Assembly (NCBI GenBank): GCA_001643675.2 | Contig: LSRY02000048.1 | Location: forward strand, 496,001 to 560,000 | Source of the DNA: Monocercomonoides exilis PA203 | Lineage: Eukaryota > Protista > Preaxostyla | Direction: 5' to 3' | DNA length: 64,000 nucleotides | Shown here: positions 24,501 to 45,223 of the stretch, piece by piece | How the letters are laid out: each line of letters begins with the position of its first letter | Position numbering within the stretch: position 1 is the stretch's first letter | Program-made: the position numbers and the translations under genes | Notes under the pieces: generated by a model | Seen by the model: the letters and a program-made list of their open reading frames with translations, nothing else | Told to the model about the DNA's origin: nothing | The model's database searches: none

Positions 24501-25082
24501 AACACACAAAAAAATAAAATATAAATATAAATAGGAGATATTATTACAAATAATTTGAACATTAATTTATTTAATATTAAAAAAAAACCTGATTTGCATT
24601 TTGGAACGACGGGTTGCTTGGGTGGAACTATTTTGAAACTGTTTCGTTCAAATGTTTGCTTTGCATGATTGACTTTCCCCTGAGTTACGTTATATCCATA
24701 TGAGATCATTTGGCTGATGGACATCACTTGAGATAAAGCTTGAAGCATTGTGGTTTGCGAATGAGTCGGAGAAATGTTGTATGCAATTGACAGATTCTTA
24801 AGCAAAAAATAATAATCAGCTACAAAATTGAAATAAAAAGAATTGTTTCAAGAACAATCTGAATCAATAAGAAGTATTTGAGCAAAACACACAATTTAAT
24901 TTCTTCTTAAGTTTCTTCATTGTTGAAGAAGCTTTTTCATATCGACAGAACAAATAATTAAGCAAGTCTAACTTTGAATCTCCTCCAATTCTCAAAACTT
25001 CATTCCACAACGTCTCAGCTCTGGAATGAAGAGTTGATGTTGGAAGTTTTGAAAATCTAGATTTCGAAGATTCTTTTGACAT
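21600..25082 (-). CDS. Sola-like (Sola2-type) DDD transposase with an internal USP/peptidase C19 deubiquitinase domain; three predicted exons, ~1099 aa
   Basis: Predicted exons 25082-24893, 24819-24589 and 24478-21600 join by phase-compatible GT-AG introns into 3300 nt. USP motifs: GLQNLGNTCYLSSILQC (Cys 23955-23957), EQQN, CEFC...CKAC, HGHYISIV (His 23238-23240), WFLCNDS. Transposase motifs: LWEDF...SLSYFYRL...KRTDVCDLC, H, LFDFKEK (D 22527-22529), QKEFY, SDSLSND, FCDSGAHNRN (D 22281-22283), FFGEHHGKNYCDSEFG (D 22155-22157). Confidence 0.82.
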
Positions 25083-26424
25083 TAACGACAATAACTGCTC
25101 GGTTGTCAATTAAGGGATATGATCAAAAAAACCAAAAACCGAAAATATTGCAAACAGATTTATAAAAGTCATTAATAGTATTCAATTAATGAGGAGAGAT
25201 TGCTTGTCTTTGAAGGAACAAAAACGATAAAGAATCATTTTATTGGGAGAGTGAAGGTTTTTTCCTTTCAAACATTTAACGTCGTTGAATCTTCTCAAAA
25301 GAATTCTAGAAAGAAAAATGTTTGTTTTTTCATTTTTATTATTTTTTCAATAAACAAAAACAGTTCTAATAACATCTATATACAACAACTTATCATTTAA
25401 AATATATTTGACTTCATTCAACAGCTACTCCGAGTTTCCACGCAATAAAACATGAACATTGCTGTTTTCCTTATCAGAAGATTCTCTTCTTTAACTGTTG
25501 CGTTTTATTCACATGAAAAAATGTTGGTAACATTTGACTTATTCAAAATCAGATTTTCTTAATCTGATTTTCATTTCGTTTTGTATCCATGTCATTGTTG
25601 AGGATTATCTTATTTTGCTATCATTCCGTGGTACTCGCTCACATCAATGTGATTTTAATAATGAATGTTGAAGACAATATTTGTTTCATTAGGATAAAAG
25701 ATAATTATTTAACATATTCGTTATCTGAAATAGCGTTTTTTCAAACTTTCTGATATTTTGTTAAAAAACATTTAATGATTGCAACTTGAAAAACGTGAGG
25801 ACAAAAGGAATCTTCATAATTTGAATTATTATGTGATTCATTCAAAAAACCAATGAGAAATGAAATTGAAGCTTCAACAAAAAATTTTATAACTCATTCA
25901 GTTCATGTCTCCTTCTTTTTTGTCAAATTATCAGTTAAAAATTATCAATTCGAGATATTTCTTCTCCATATAAAAATAGGAAATTCGACATCATTCCCAA
26001 TGTTATCAGCAACGTGTTTGTCGGAAAAATATTAATATTTTGTGTTTTGTCGATTTTTCCGATCTGAATGGAGATGCAGTTAATATTCTAGTGATGAATT
26101 TTTTATCAAATATGATTCCCCTCTGAAAAATCATTTTTATCTCCAGAAACAATTATGCTTTCTTCTGTTCGTTATAAATTTTATTTTTTGCATTCAAATA
26201 ACTACTTATTGACAACCTCCTCTTCATTCTTTCTCATTCAAAATAAGGTCAAAAGAAGTAATATATATCAGAATATGATGGAAAAACAAGATTATATGCT
26301 TCTTGAGATTGGAACTTTTGATGTTAATCAGTAGCTGCATCTCGGATATATTTATATTCAATTGATAACAAAAAGTTATATCTTCGAAGAGTTCTGTGAA
26401 AAGCAGCTTGGATGGATGAACATC

Positions 26425-26830
26425 TCACAATGCAACTTCTGCAGTTTCTTCTCTCACATTGGGAACAACAAACGCTGTCGTGAAAAGTTGCGCATTGGTC
26501 TTCTGAGCTGAATGGAATTGAAGATTTATAAAATTTTTATCACTTTGGTGAGCATCTTGTTCAGGAAAAACATTTGGAGTTGAAGAAGAGGTATTCAGAA
26601 GTGGAAGCGGATCATAAAGTGATAAGGCGAATGGTTGCTGCAAGTATTGCAATGCAAATAGTGGGAAAAGGACTGGGGGGTAGCTGAGCATTGAATAGAA
26701 GATGTGGGTCTGTCTCCCGCAGCGATAGCGCTGTTTGTGCTTGAGGAGCAAGAAGAAAAAGAAGAATTCAAAGAGGAGTCAAAGAGGAAATATGCAAACA
26801 AGAAGGAATTGGAAGACCATGTTCTGTTTA
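26425..26830 (+). pseudogene. Decayed copy of the unknown family also carried as cargo in the pogo element at ~59.9-60.2 kb
   Basis: The plus strand encodes EDVGLSPAAIALFVLEE versus EDAVLPPAAIALVVLEE on the minus strand at ~59.95 kb (13/17 identical). Both are preceded by a KGL motif. Confidence 0.65.
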
Positions 26831-27932
26831 AATGAGATCACTTTATTCAGTTGTTGATGAAGAGTGTACTGCAATTTCTTCTTCACCTTCTTCTTATTCT
26901 TCAAAAATTAAATTTGAATCAAGTACTGGTAAGAAGAATTGAAATCCTCTCTCTTATTCTTATCCATATATTGTGCACACTTTGTTTAAAATATGATAAG
27001 TTGAATTTGAGAGAAGTCCTTTTCCTTTTTTCTGACTGGCAACATTCAGTGTTTCATCTTTTCTGCATGTAATGTTTCTTCTGCATAAAGGATATTCCTC
27101 GATCTGCTTACAGTTGCTTGCATGTTCTCATTTCACGATTGCGGTGTTTCATCATCTAATCTTCATCTCTCTTCTCGATTCATATGAAACAGTTGTGAAT
27201 TTGATTTGAACTATAGTGTTGATAAAATCAAAAGCAGAGCCTATCCATTAGTATATTTCTTTGCATTTCGCATTTGCAGGATCCAATTCACAGTCAGCTA
27301 TTAAACCTTTCAGAACTCACGATTCCATTCAGCAATCTTTCCTTATCAAATAACAAATAACGTTGCCTGCAAATTTCAACAAAATGAAGTTCGAATAATT
27401 GACATTCTTCAAAAACGCACAATTGATTTTTGTCTTTTGTTATTGACTGATGATTTTTGTAAATGTTAGTGAAATTTCAAGAAAATGATTTTGAATAAGA
27501 AATGTTTTCGGTAATTTCAATTTCTATCGACATTATTATCAGCGATCTTTAAGCAAAAGAATAGTTTCCACACATTAATGCTAGAATTTTTGCTCCAAAT
27601 TTTACGCAATTCAAAGATAATCATCTTCAAAATTGGTTTAATGGTATTGGTTATCGCTTGTAATTCATTGATTGATCCTAAGTCATTCTTTATTCCAAAA
27701 ATAATTGATTCGATAAATGAAATGTTTTTTTGTTATTAAATTAAAAAAAGAAAAGAAATCAGAAATTTCAATCAAAATTTTTTTTATTTTTTCAAAGTGA
27801 ATGTGGCAAATTGAATAAAGCTATTTTATGAGCTTCTTGAGTTTTTAATTTGTTTCAAATAATTGTGTTTCAACAAACCTTTTCAAGCAATTGATAAAAA
27901 TATATATTTCATTCTTTAACTGGCACATTTTC

Positions 27933-28941
27933 TTAAACAAGAACACACACATCTTTAAGCTCCAACTCACTTCCTATCTCCCCAGCTCCATCCATACGAA
28001 TGCGCAGATCATCGCTCACTGCAAGATGCGTCGCACCATATTCAATCGAATAGCACAGATCTTTTGCTGTCCCGCATTTCTTGATATCCTTCCCTCCTTT
28101 CCCTTCGATCGACGAAACAACAATCGTCTCTGATTGGTAAATCATAATGAAATCCATCAGATCCACTGCTTCTGAACTTTCTGAGCCAATCCCATATATC
28201 GCGTTATATCTCGCAAATTCGCTCTCCCTCAAATCTAGCTTTAACTGCGTTTTATTGATCTGTATCGAGATGTTCCAGCACTCAATAAAGATGTCTCTCC
28301 CTTCCTTTCCGCTCTTCGAGACAAACTCGTCCCTCTCAAACAGCATTCATTGCTCCCCTGAATACTTCAGCGCAAGATACAATCCCCCTCCTCGACCCAT
28401 TGTCAGAGAGCATCCACACTGAATAACCTTCGAATTCACTACCCGGATCATGCTTTCCTTGCTCAGGTCAGCAAACACTGCTCCCCATTTCGCTGAAGCG
28501 CCTGCTGCACACACTTCAAGCACGTTGTTGTTTATCTCCACATCAGTCGTCAGCGTTGTTGGAACAGTTAGCGCACTCGCCCCCCAAGCCAGTATCATCA
28601 TTTGTTGAATTGCAGAACACCTCAATATCAGATAACTTTCTTGATTTCCTAAGCTCTGCAGGGGTTCTTCTATCGCAATTACTTACACATTTTCCATCAC
28701 GCTGTTGAACACGCTCACGAAAGTCATTTTTCATTGGCAGCTTCTTGCCACATTTATTGCATTGCTTTTCATCCTGTTCGCCTTTATAAAAAGCCCTTTC
28801 ACATTCAAACTCCCAGACTTCATAAAATAATAGTGAAATCTTTGAACAATAAGATAGCGAAGCTTCAATCAAAAGAAGAAAACAAAGCGTTATTATAATT
28901 GATCTCTTGCTACTTTCGAAAAGCAGAACTCCTTGATTCAT
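27933..28941 (-). pseudogene. Pseudogene fragment of the GG-repeat beta-helix-like family
   Basis: Adjacent ORFs separated by stops or frameshifts, with KWGAVFA, GRGGGLYLAL, GRDIFIEC and GGKDIKKCGTAKDLCYSIEYG. Hydrophobic N-terminal remnant at ~28.9 kb. Confidence 0.7.
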
Positions 28942-29737
28942 TTGAAATTCTTATAAATTATTATGAATAAAGAAATGGAAATAATTGTTGAAAACAAATA
29001 ATTTCAAACATATTTTATTTTCTCGAATCAAATTTCAATTGATGTTATTCTGAGTTCAGAGTCATTTGTTTGCGTAAATACAACCCAACGAGCATGAGGA
29101 TCCAAATGTTATTAATTTGAGAATTAATTACTTCAAACTTTTATGACTCAAAGCAGAAATAAAAAATGCTCACATTCGACAGAAATTTGAAAGTCGACAT
29201 CAAAAATTGACAAAGAAACGTTATATTGAAAAATATCAGAATGAAAAAAAAATACATACAAACTTTGGAATTGTTTCTAATGCTATTATTCTTTGCTTTC
29301 TGAACAGATTTTCTTTGTTGAACCAATTTAGAACAATATTTCTGTAAAATCAATTTCTTCTCCTTTCTGTTTTAAGAAGATAGATAAGAAAACATTTTTA
29401 TCGAGCAATTTCTCTTTTAAACCCTTCTGAAAGAGCAATGAATCATCTTCAAAAAAAAGTTTTCATGAAAAATGGTTTTTCTCCAAATTGATTGTGTTAT
29501 ATCTTTTCTGAATGTGACATATTCAAGATAGACAATAATATCCAGATAAAATACATTGATTTGAGCAACATGGAAAAAATTGATAGAAAAAATTATTATC
29601 ATGGATCATGTGGATTTATGATCCCAAAAAGAATCACCCATTTTAACATATAGATTTTTTTAAATAAATTTTGAATGCAACAAACTTTATCAATTATTTA
29701 CCAATGAGAAAATATTCTTTATTTCAATTATTTTTTC

Positions 29738-29740
<3 letters not shown>

Positions 29741-29773
<33 letters not shown>
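29741..29773. repeat. Poly(T) tract
   Basis: Seen directly. Confidence 0.95.
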
Positions 29774-29774
<1 letters not shown>

Positions 29775-30197
29775 AAATTTTGAAATTTTGAAACAATATT
29801 ATTTGTAAAGAAAAAAAGACAGATTTTTAATTAATGAAAGAAGAAGAAATTTGAAACAAATTTTATCTTTTTTCAAAAAAAAAAATAAATAAATAAAGCA
29901 TATAATTTGTACCATTTGTCAAAAAAAGTTTATTTTACTTAAAAATAAACTTTTCCAGAAATATTAAAACATTGATGAATATGGTCAGTCTTGAAGAAAA
30001 ACAATTTCTTTTAAAACATTTTTATGCAAAAACAACGAAAAATCAAAAATGGATAAAATAAAAAAAATATTTTTAACTCAAAATATAATACTTAATTAAA
30101 AGAATAACAAAATATTTAACCTTGCTGAAATGACATTTATATAGACCATCTCAAATACCATAAAATAATTCTAAAGTGAGAATGAATGAACGATTGA

Positions 30198-31227
30198 TTA
30201 AGAGTGCTGGGTTAAAAGAGGTGTTGTATCCGTGTCTGAATGTTCTTCCATCGATGGAATAGGCATAAGATCTGCTTCATCTCCATGTGTTTGAGACATA
30301 TAAGGAGTTGACATTTGCATAAGTTCGATGGCCGATTTTGTACCATTCCCAGAAGCACTTTCACTCGATCCAATATCAACTTGAACACTTGAAGAAGAAG
30401 AAGAAGAAGATGATGATGATGATGACTCTGGTAATAATTTACTTTTTTTGATTACGCTGACTCCTTTTAAAGGAGTCAAAGTCAGATTTTGGCTTCTCCA
30501 AGGAATCCACAAGTTATGATTTATCAAGACTATAAGCTTAGAATATGAATAAAATATTGAGAATCCTTTAATAAATTTAAAGGAAGCAGACCCAAAAAAG
30601 TAAAGAAACCATCCATAAGTCAAAACAAATTTCTTTCATAAAGTCTAATATCATTAAAAATGTCCAATCTTCAAAAAGTTTTTTCAAATAAAATAAGAAT
30701 AATGAAAACAAACCAGACTCGGTTATCAAAGTTTTAACAAGAGAGGGAATAAACGATATTGATAAATAAGCAAAAACAATGAGAAGTCCAATTATTTGTA
30801 GTGTAACAGCAGCAATTGCTTGAGGAGAAAGCCGAGGCGGTGACCATTTCAGAAATGGCTTCGGAACAAAACGAATTTTATATTCTGCATGGCAAATTTC
30901 GCAAGCTAATATAATAAAATACAGCCAAAAAGTTAAATTGTTCAGGAAATTGTAAAAAATTCGTAACATAAATAAAAAAAACTTTTCCATTCTCTATGAG
31001 ATTCTGCACAGCTCTGTATCCATTCGTGAAGGCATTCAAGGTGTAGCTATATTGCAAATATTTTATGAATGCAAATGATTCCAGAAAAAACAATAAAAAT
31101 ATAATAAATGGCAAACGAATCCAATCGATCCAGTGCAATTGCACGGTCTTACTAAATTCATTTCAGGATCATCAACTCTACAAATTCTGCACATTATCTC
31201 ATCCGCTTCAAGTTGCTCATCAGCCAT
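30198..31227 (-). CDS. MARCH-type RING-CH (RINGv) membrane E3 ubiquitin ligase, intron-containing
   Basis: Spliced reading gives MADEQLEADEIMCRICRVDDPEMNLVRPCNCTGSIGF|LHLECLHEWIQSCAESHREWK|xCEICHAEYKIRF, a C4HC3 RING-CH. Two hydrophobic TM segments and a Ser-rich tail follow, ending in TAA at 30198-30200. Confidence 0.88.
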
Positions 31228-31688
31228 CACAAAAAAAGATTGCTGGAATTACTGATCAAAAAATAATAAAAAAAATCAAAAAGTTCTTCAAATAACACTG
31301 TTAAAACGGACAAAGGTGTTTATTTCAACATTTGTAGGTAATTATTCAATTTAATTTCTGAATTTTTATTGTTAATTAAAAAAGCACGTTGTGAAATGAA
31401 TAAATAAAGTGAGATGAATATCAACGTTTCAAAGCTAATAATTAAAAAATATCTTTCATGCAGATATATCCATTACTATGAACATGCAAAATATACTTAA
31501 ATGAAAGTAACATACACAATCTCGTCTTATAGCAACTTTTCTTTTTCAAAAATTTCACTTTATTACTTTTAAAGAAGTGCAAAATGAAACATGTGAAGAC
31601 TGAAGATACTCTTGTGTCCCAAGATCAGAATATGATCTAAGCAGAAGAATCAAAATTTCAACAATGCGTGTTGGTTGCAAAGAAATGC

Positions 31689-39641
<7,953 letters not shown>

Positions 39642-39768
39642 TTGACAAGGAAAAGATCCTAGAAAATTACTGTCTCTAAGCAACGCAAATCACCGTTTTC
39701 TACACGATATCGATCACAATGAGAATAGTGGGATCGATCTTTGCTTAAGTTAATATTTGCTTTTTCGC
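39642..39768. promoter_or_regulatory. Putative bidirectional promoter between XPO7 and COMMD2 (127 bp between start codons)
   Basis: Divergent ATGs at 39641 (-) and 39769 (+). Confidence 0.6.
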
Positions 39769-40298
39769 ATGTCGCAACCATCTTCATCCTCAATATCATC
39801 AGATTCTGCGCAACCTGATGAAATTTCACCTGAATCAGTGCGTGAAATTCTTGCTAACGAACAACTTAGCGTTCCTCATTACACTGATCTTGCATGGAGA
39901 TTAGAAGCTCCTGTATGAGTTAAACAGCATTGAAATTAACAGCGCAATTTTTTATAATTTATATTTTATAGGTTGCTTCACGCACGCATCCACTTAGCAC
40001 TGAAATCTCACCTCATTTTCTTTTAAGATTAGACACAACAACTTCTATGGCACCAGTCACAGTTGAGCGAAAAGGAGAACAGCCATTGCAATATCAGCCA
40101 AAAGAAAATCATTGTTTGCTTTTCTTTCTTTTTGAAAATATCTATTAAAGAATTTCTTGCAATTTCACATTTAAAGCTGAAATCCTTGTTTGTGACGTTC
40201 CAAACATGCAACATCTAACAAACGAATTAGATAGAGCCTTACGTGAGCTACAAAGCGTTCATTCTCGTAGAATGATGCGTATTTTTGGAGCTACATAA
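39769..40298 (+). CDS. COMMD2: COMM domain-containing protein 2-like, ~135 aa, three exons (39769-39912, 39972-40113, 40177-40298); absent from the ORF track
   Basis: Spliced reading gives VREILANEQLSVPHYTDLAWRLEAP|VASRTH...PHFLLRLDT...|SEILVCDVPNMQHLTNELDRALRELQSVHSRRMMRIF*. This matches the COMMD2 pattern LPSYHNLEWRLDVQLASR...LEQALEEMKTNHCRRVVR. Confidence 0.85.
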
Positions 40299-40473
40299 AC
40301 AAATAAAGATTTTTATTTTTTTGTTTTATTACTAAAACACCTCATCTATCTTCTAAATAATGAGACTTCTGAGTGAATAATGAATGACGTGCAAATGTAT
40401 TTGCTAATGACGAATGGATTAATGTGGAGAAATTGAAATGAAAGAAAAAGCGAAGAAGTGATATTTCGAACGT

Positions 40474-42534
40474 TTATGATGACTCTTCATCTTTATCATC
40501 TGTTTTTTGCTCTTCCTTTTCTTCCTTCACTTCTTTCTCTTCTTCTTTAACTTCTTCTTTAACTTCTTCTTTCTTTTCCTCCTTCTCTTCTTTTTCTCCC
40601 TCTTCTTTCTTTTCTTCTTTTTCCTCATCTGAGTCATCGTCAAGATCATCCAGCGCTTCATCGCCTCCTGCAAACAGCGAAGCATCAATAGGCCCAGATT
40701 CACTACATTTACAAAAGTTGAAAAGGGGAAAGATTGCAAGAAATTCAAGGTTTTATAAAAAACAATCAAAAATAAAGGAGGATGTGATGTAGAATAAAAA
40801 TATGAATGAATGAAATAAAAAAAACAAAAAGAAAATGGTACATACGATGTAACTCCATATCTTCTCTTCAATTCTTCTTCACTAATGTCATCCTGATCAT
40901 CTTCTGGTTCTTCTTCACCTTCCTTCTGCTCGCCTGTCTGGGCAGCGTCTGAAGGCACAGAAGATGAAGAAGCAGGTTCTTCTTCTTCTTCCTCTTCTCT
41001 ATGAGCATAATCAACATCACCTCCAACAGCATCTTCATCATCCTGGAACATCTCTGGATTGAATGCAAACAAATCACGACCGGTCAGTCCAACACCAATA
41101 CGCCCTTTGCTGTAATACACAAATAAATAAATAAATAAAAATGAATGAACAGATTGCAGTATTCATTATGAAATATTGAATTGATTTATTAATAAATTAA
41201 TAAGAAGATTAAATAACAGTCAAAATGATGGCAAATATCAAACCTATCAGCAGCTTTTGCACGAAGAGCATCTTTCTCTTTCTTTTCTGCTGCTTCCTTT
41301 TCTGCTATCTTCTTCTTCTTCCACTCAAGAAAAGTCTCCAAAGTGACTGGTGTACCTCCAACAAGCAATTTCCTCTGAGAATCAATTAAAAAAAGGAAAA
41401 GTTGTAACAAAATCATTCATATATCATTTATTTAATTTTTAATTATGAACATTAAGAAATAAATAAAATTTATCAATTTTGAAAGAAAAATAATGATAAA
41501 AAATAAGAATTCTGCAAATACTGAACAATCAAACCTGATTCTCTAACACTTCTTCCAGAGAAGGTCCTTCATCTTCGTCTTGTTTTTTCTCTTCTCCTTT
41601 CTTTTTCAGCTGGAATCCTGGTGGAAGTGCATGACGACTTTAGATTATTTTAACAGATTTAATATTTTTTGTTTAAAATATAATGAAAATATGAAAATTT
41701 ATGAAAATATATTCATAAAAATAACTACAAACTAGTGGCATCTATCACCATTGGGGCATTGCCAGAACCAACCGTATTGGCTTTTTTCCACAGCGTCCAA
41801 GAAATACTTGCACACAATTGTTGTCGGTGGAAGCCCCTTGTTTTTCTTTCCATGCTTCTGCTCAACAACTTTTTCCAAAGTTTCTTGATCCCACTTGTCC
41901 ATTGTGTCCTGCCTTTTCTTTTCTGTTTATGTTTTAAAAAAAAGATATATTTATTGATTTTTTTTTCTAAAAAACAAAAAATGCAAATAACCTTCTTCTT
42001 CGGCTCTTTTGTCTGAATAAACACTTTTCTTTGCAGCCTTTCTTCCAATAGTTAAATCATGGCTAAATTTGCACTTGTCACCTTTTGTGCAAAGTCCTCT
42101 CTTGAAATATTCGCACACAACGGATTTTGGATCTTCTCCTTCTTTAACTTTTTGTTGAAGCACAGTTGCCCTCAATATTCTATTCAACTCTTCTTGGCGT
42201 GCTTTTTCTTCAAGTGCCTCTTTTCTTGCTCTTTCTTCTCTTGCCTTTTCAGCATTCTACAAGTCAAAAAAGCAAAAAATAATTATTTGTAAAATTGGCA
42301 AAGCACACGGATCTTTGTTGGCCAAGGACTTTCGTTTTCACGGATTCAATATACCTTTGGACGGCTTTGCTCTTATTTTTGTTTTTCAAACCAAAGGTTT
42401 TGTCCTCAATGATCTAAAATATAAAAATTGTGTAAACACAAAGTTTTGAGATCTGTATCAACAATTATAACCCAAACCTTCTCTTTCTTTTTTAAAATGG
42501 CTTTATCCATTTTCTGCTGTTTTTTTGGTGGCAT
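40474..42534 (-). CDS. ZC3H15: CCCH zinc-finger translation machinery-associated protein (ZC3H15/Tma46/DFRP1), multi-exon
   Basis: MPPKKQQK..., [46 protein letters not shown], a second [41 protein letters not shown], and an acidic tail. Confidence 0.93.
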
Positions 42535-43137
42535 CTTAATTCATTTGCGAATATTTAAAATATCGAAAAAGAAAGAAAAATATATCAGAAAAGAATTATT
42601 CAAAATGTCCAAAATAATTTGATAGAGATTAAAATAAAATCGTTCACACTTTCGTTTAATTTCAATAATTATTTAGATGTGAGATGAATGGTAAGAAAAA
42701 AAGAAAAGGATTATGATCTACTTAATCCTCAACATAATTGATCTTTTAAGATCATTTTTTATTTGTATTTTCTTTTTTTGTTTTTTTTTCAAAAAAATTA
42801 AGAAAATATCTATAAAAACACAGTTAAGGAATAAAATAAAAAGAAAGTGAATGATTGAACAAAGAAAAAGTATTTCTGAGCGAAACTCATTATTTATTTT
42901 TTATTAAAAAAATCGAATAAAAAAATACTATTGCTCCATCTCAATGAAAATGCAGCAACAATTAAATTATAAAACACACAAAACAATTCACAATCTCTTC
43001 CAACTCAAAAACAAAAGGAAGCCAGATGATTCACAAAAGAAATTGTTATTCTTCAAAAACATCATTCTCATGATAAATTGTATTCAAATACTCAATTGGC
43101 TAAAAAAAAATACACTTATATCCATAAATATGTCTCT

Positions 43138-43896
43138 TCATTGTGCCACTTCGAGGCTCCACTCCTCTGCTTCATACGGCGCTGGGATAAGCAGGCTCTG
43201 ATTGATGGCAGCGAGGGCATTATCCCCACAGAGCGGGCAACAGTCGCCAAAATCACCAGTCATTTGTCCCCACAATTCCTGTGCTGCGATATGATCACTC
43301 ACACCCATCATTTTCTGCCTGCAGGAATATAATTCTTCTCTCCTGTCTAATGGGAGTGTCTTAAATAGGTAGTTAGTAGCACAGCAGATGTGGAAGCTGT
43401 GGCCACAGGAGAAAGTGAGGAGAGGGGGAGGAGGAGTGGAATGGGTGAGGGACGAAGGGCGGATTAATGGAAGATGGCAGATGGGGCATTCTGATGAAGG
43501 GACAATGATGGCAGGTCTGAAAGAGAGGGAGAAAGAGAGGGTGAAGAAAAGAGAATGAGGAAGAGAAAGAGAAAATGAAAGGAATAAAAAAAATAAATAA
43601 GTTAATAAATGAAGACAAAATTAAAAACGAAATTCTTTATTCTTTTTTTTCCTCTTTCTCCTCCACCCCCCACGCAAACTGTATCCCTTCCTCTTTGATT
43701 TCAGAGTCCAGCGTCTCAAACTGGATGGCGTTGTCCGCCATTTCTGCTCTGAGCTTTTTGTGGTCTTCTTCGCACTTGGTGATGGAGTCGAGCAAGTAGT
43801 CGCTCACATCAGAGAGAGGAATAAGGGCACTTGGGAGGAGAGGGAGAACTTTGGAGATCTGGAGATTCTCTCTGGTGAGTGAAAGAGAGGGAGAAT

Positions 43897-43970
<74 letters not shown>

Positions 43971-45162
43971 AAGAAGAAGAAGAAGAAGAAGAAGAAGAAG
44001 AAGAAGAAGAAGAAGAAGAAGAAGAAGAAGAAGAAGAAGAAGAAGAAGAAGAAGAAGAAGAAGAAGAAGAAGAAGAAAGAGAAGAAGAAGAAGAAGAGGA
44101 GGAAGAAGAAGAAGAAGAAGAAGAAGAAAATAAAAAATGGATATTAAAAATTGATAGGCAAATGAATGTATTAATAGAAATTGAAAGGAAAAATAATAAT
44201 AAAATAAATGAAAAAAGAATAAAACAAATAAGAAAAATGAAAAAAAATTTAATCCATTGAAAAAATCATAAAGATGAATATGAAATGCATACATTTCACG
44301 AGACTTGTCTAAAATCTTCTTGACAAGTGCTGTCTTCTCTGTTGGTGTCATCCTTCTGCTCATTCAATAAAAATAGGAAAGAAATAAATTAACAAAGAAG
44401 TGGAAAAGAGAGAAACAAAATGATTAAGAGATGAAGAAATACGTTTGAAATATGAAAAAAAATTGTTTCACAAAGATAGATTGAAAAATAATCCAAAATA
44501 ATAATTAATAATAATAAACCATAAAATAAATTAATATTAAATTAATTATTAAATTAATTATTAAATTAATTAATTAATTAATAAATACAAAATATTATGA
44601 ATAACAATATTCATACTCCAAATTCTCCAACTTCGTCGAGAACCGCACAATCTTCAGCCAGATCCTCTTCTGCACATCAATCGAGAGTGTGTTCCTTATC
44701 ATCACAAACACCTCCTCTGCAAACTCGGCAGACACGCCATTCAGTGCTGTGTTGAATGCCTCGTCAATCAGAGCCACAAACAGATAGGCAAACGTCGCTG
44801 CTTTCTTCAGCCCTTCCTGTAAGCACACCCGAAGAGCATAGCTTTTGGAGAAGCAAGGGGAGAATGTGTCTAAATTGAAGGTGCCATAGCTGTTTTCTTC
44901 GGACGAGGTGGAGGTGAGCATAAAGTGGATCAGCTTGTCTTCCAGACGCGCTCGGGCATAGAGGAGAATCTGAAGATGAGAGTGTGAGAGGTGGAAAATA
45001 CAAAATGAAGTAAGAAAAATAAAAATAAAATTAGATATTGAAAGAGAAAGAGAAAGAGAAAGATAAACAAAATAATGAATATATACATAAATGTAATTAT
45101 ATTCCAATAATATATATATATGTATATGTATATATCCTTAATAATAATAATAATAATAACCC

Positions 45163-45223
<61 letters not shown>

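Noticed and set aside
25108-25120. TTAAGGG just upstream of the USP-transposase as a possible TTAA-type element end
   Set aside because: No matching CCCTTAA or TIR partner was found on the other side.
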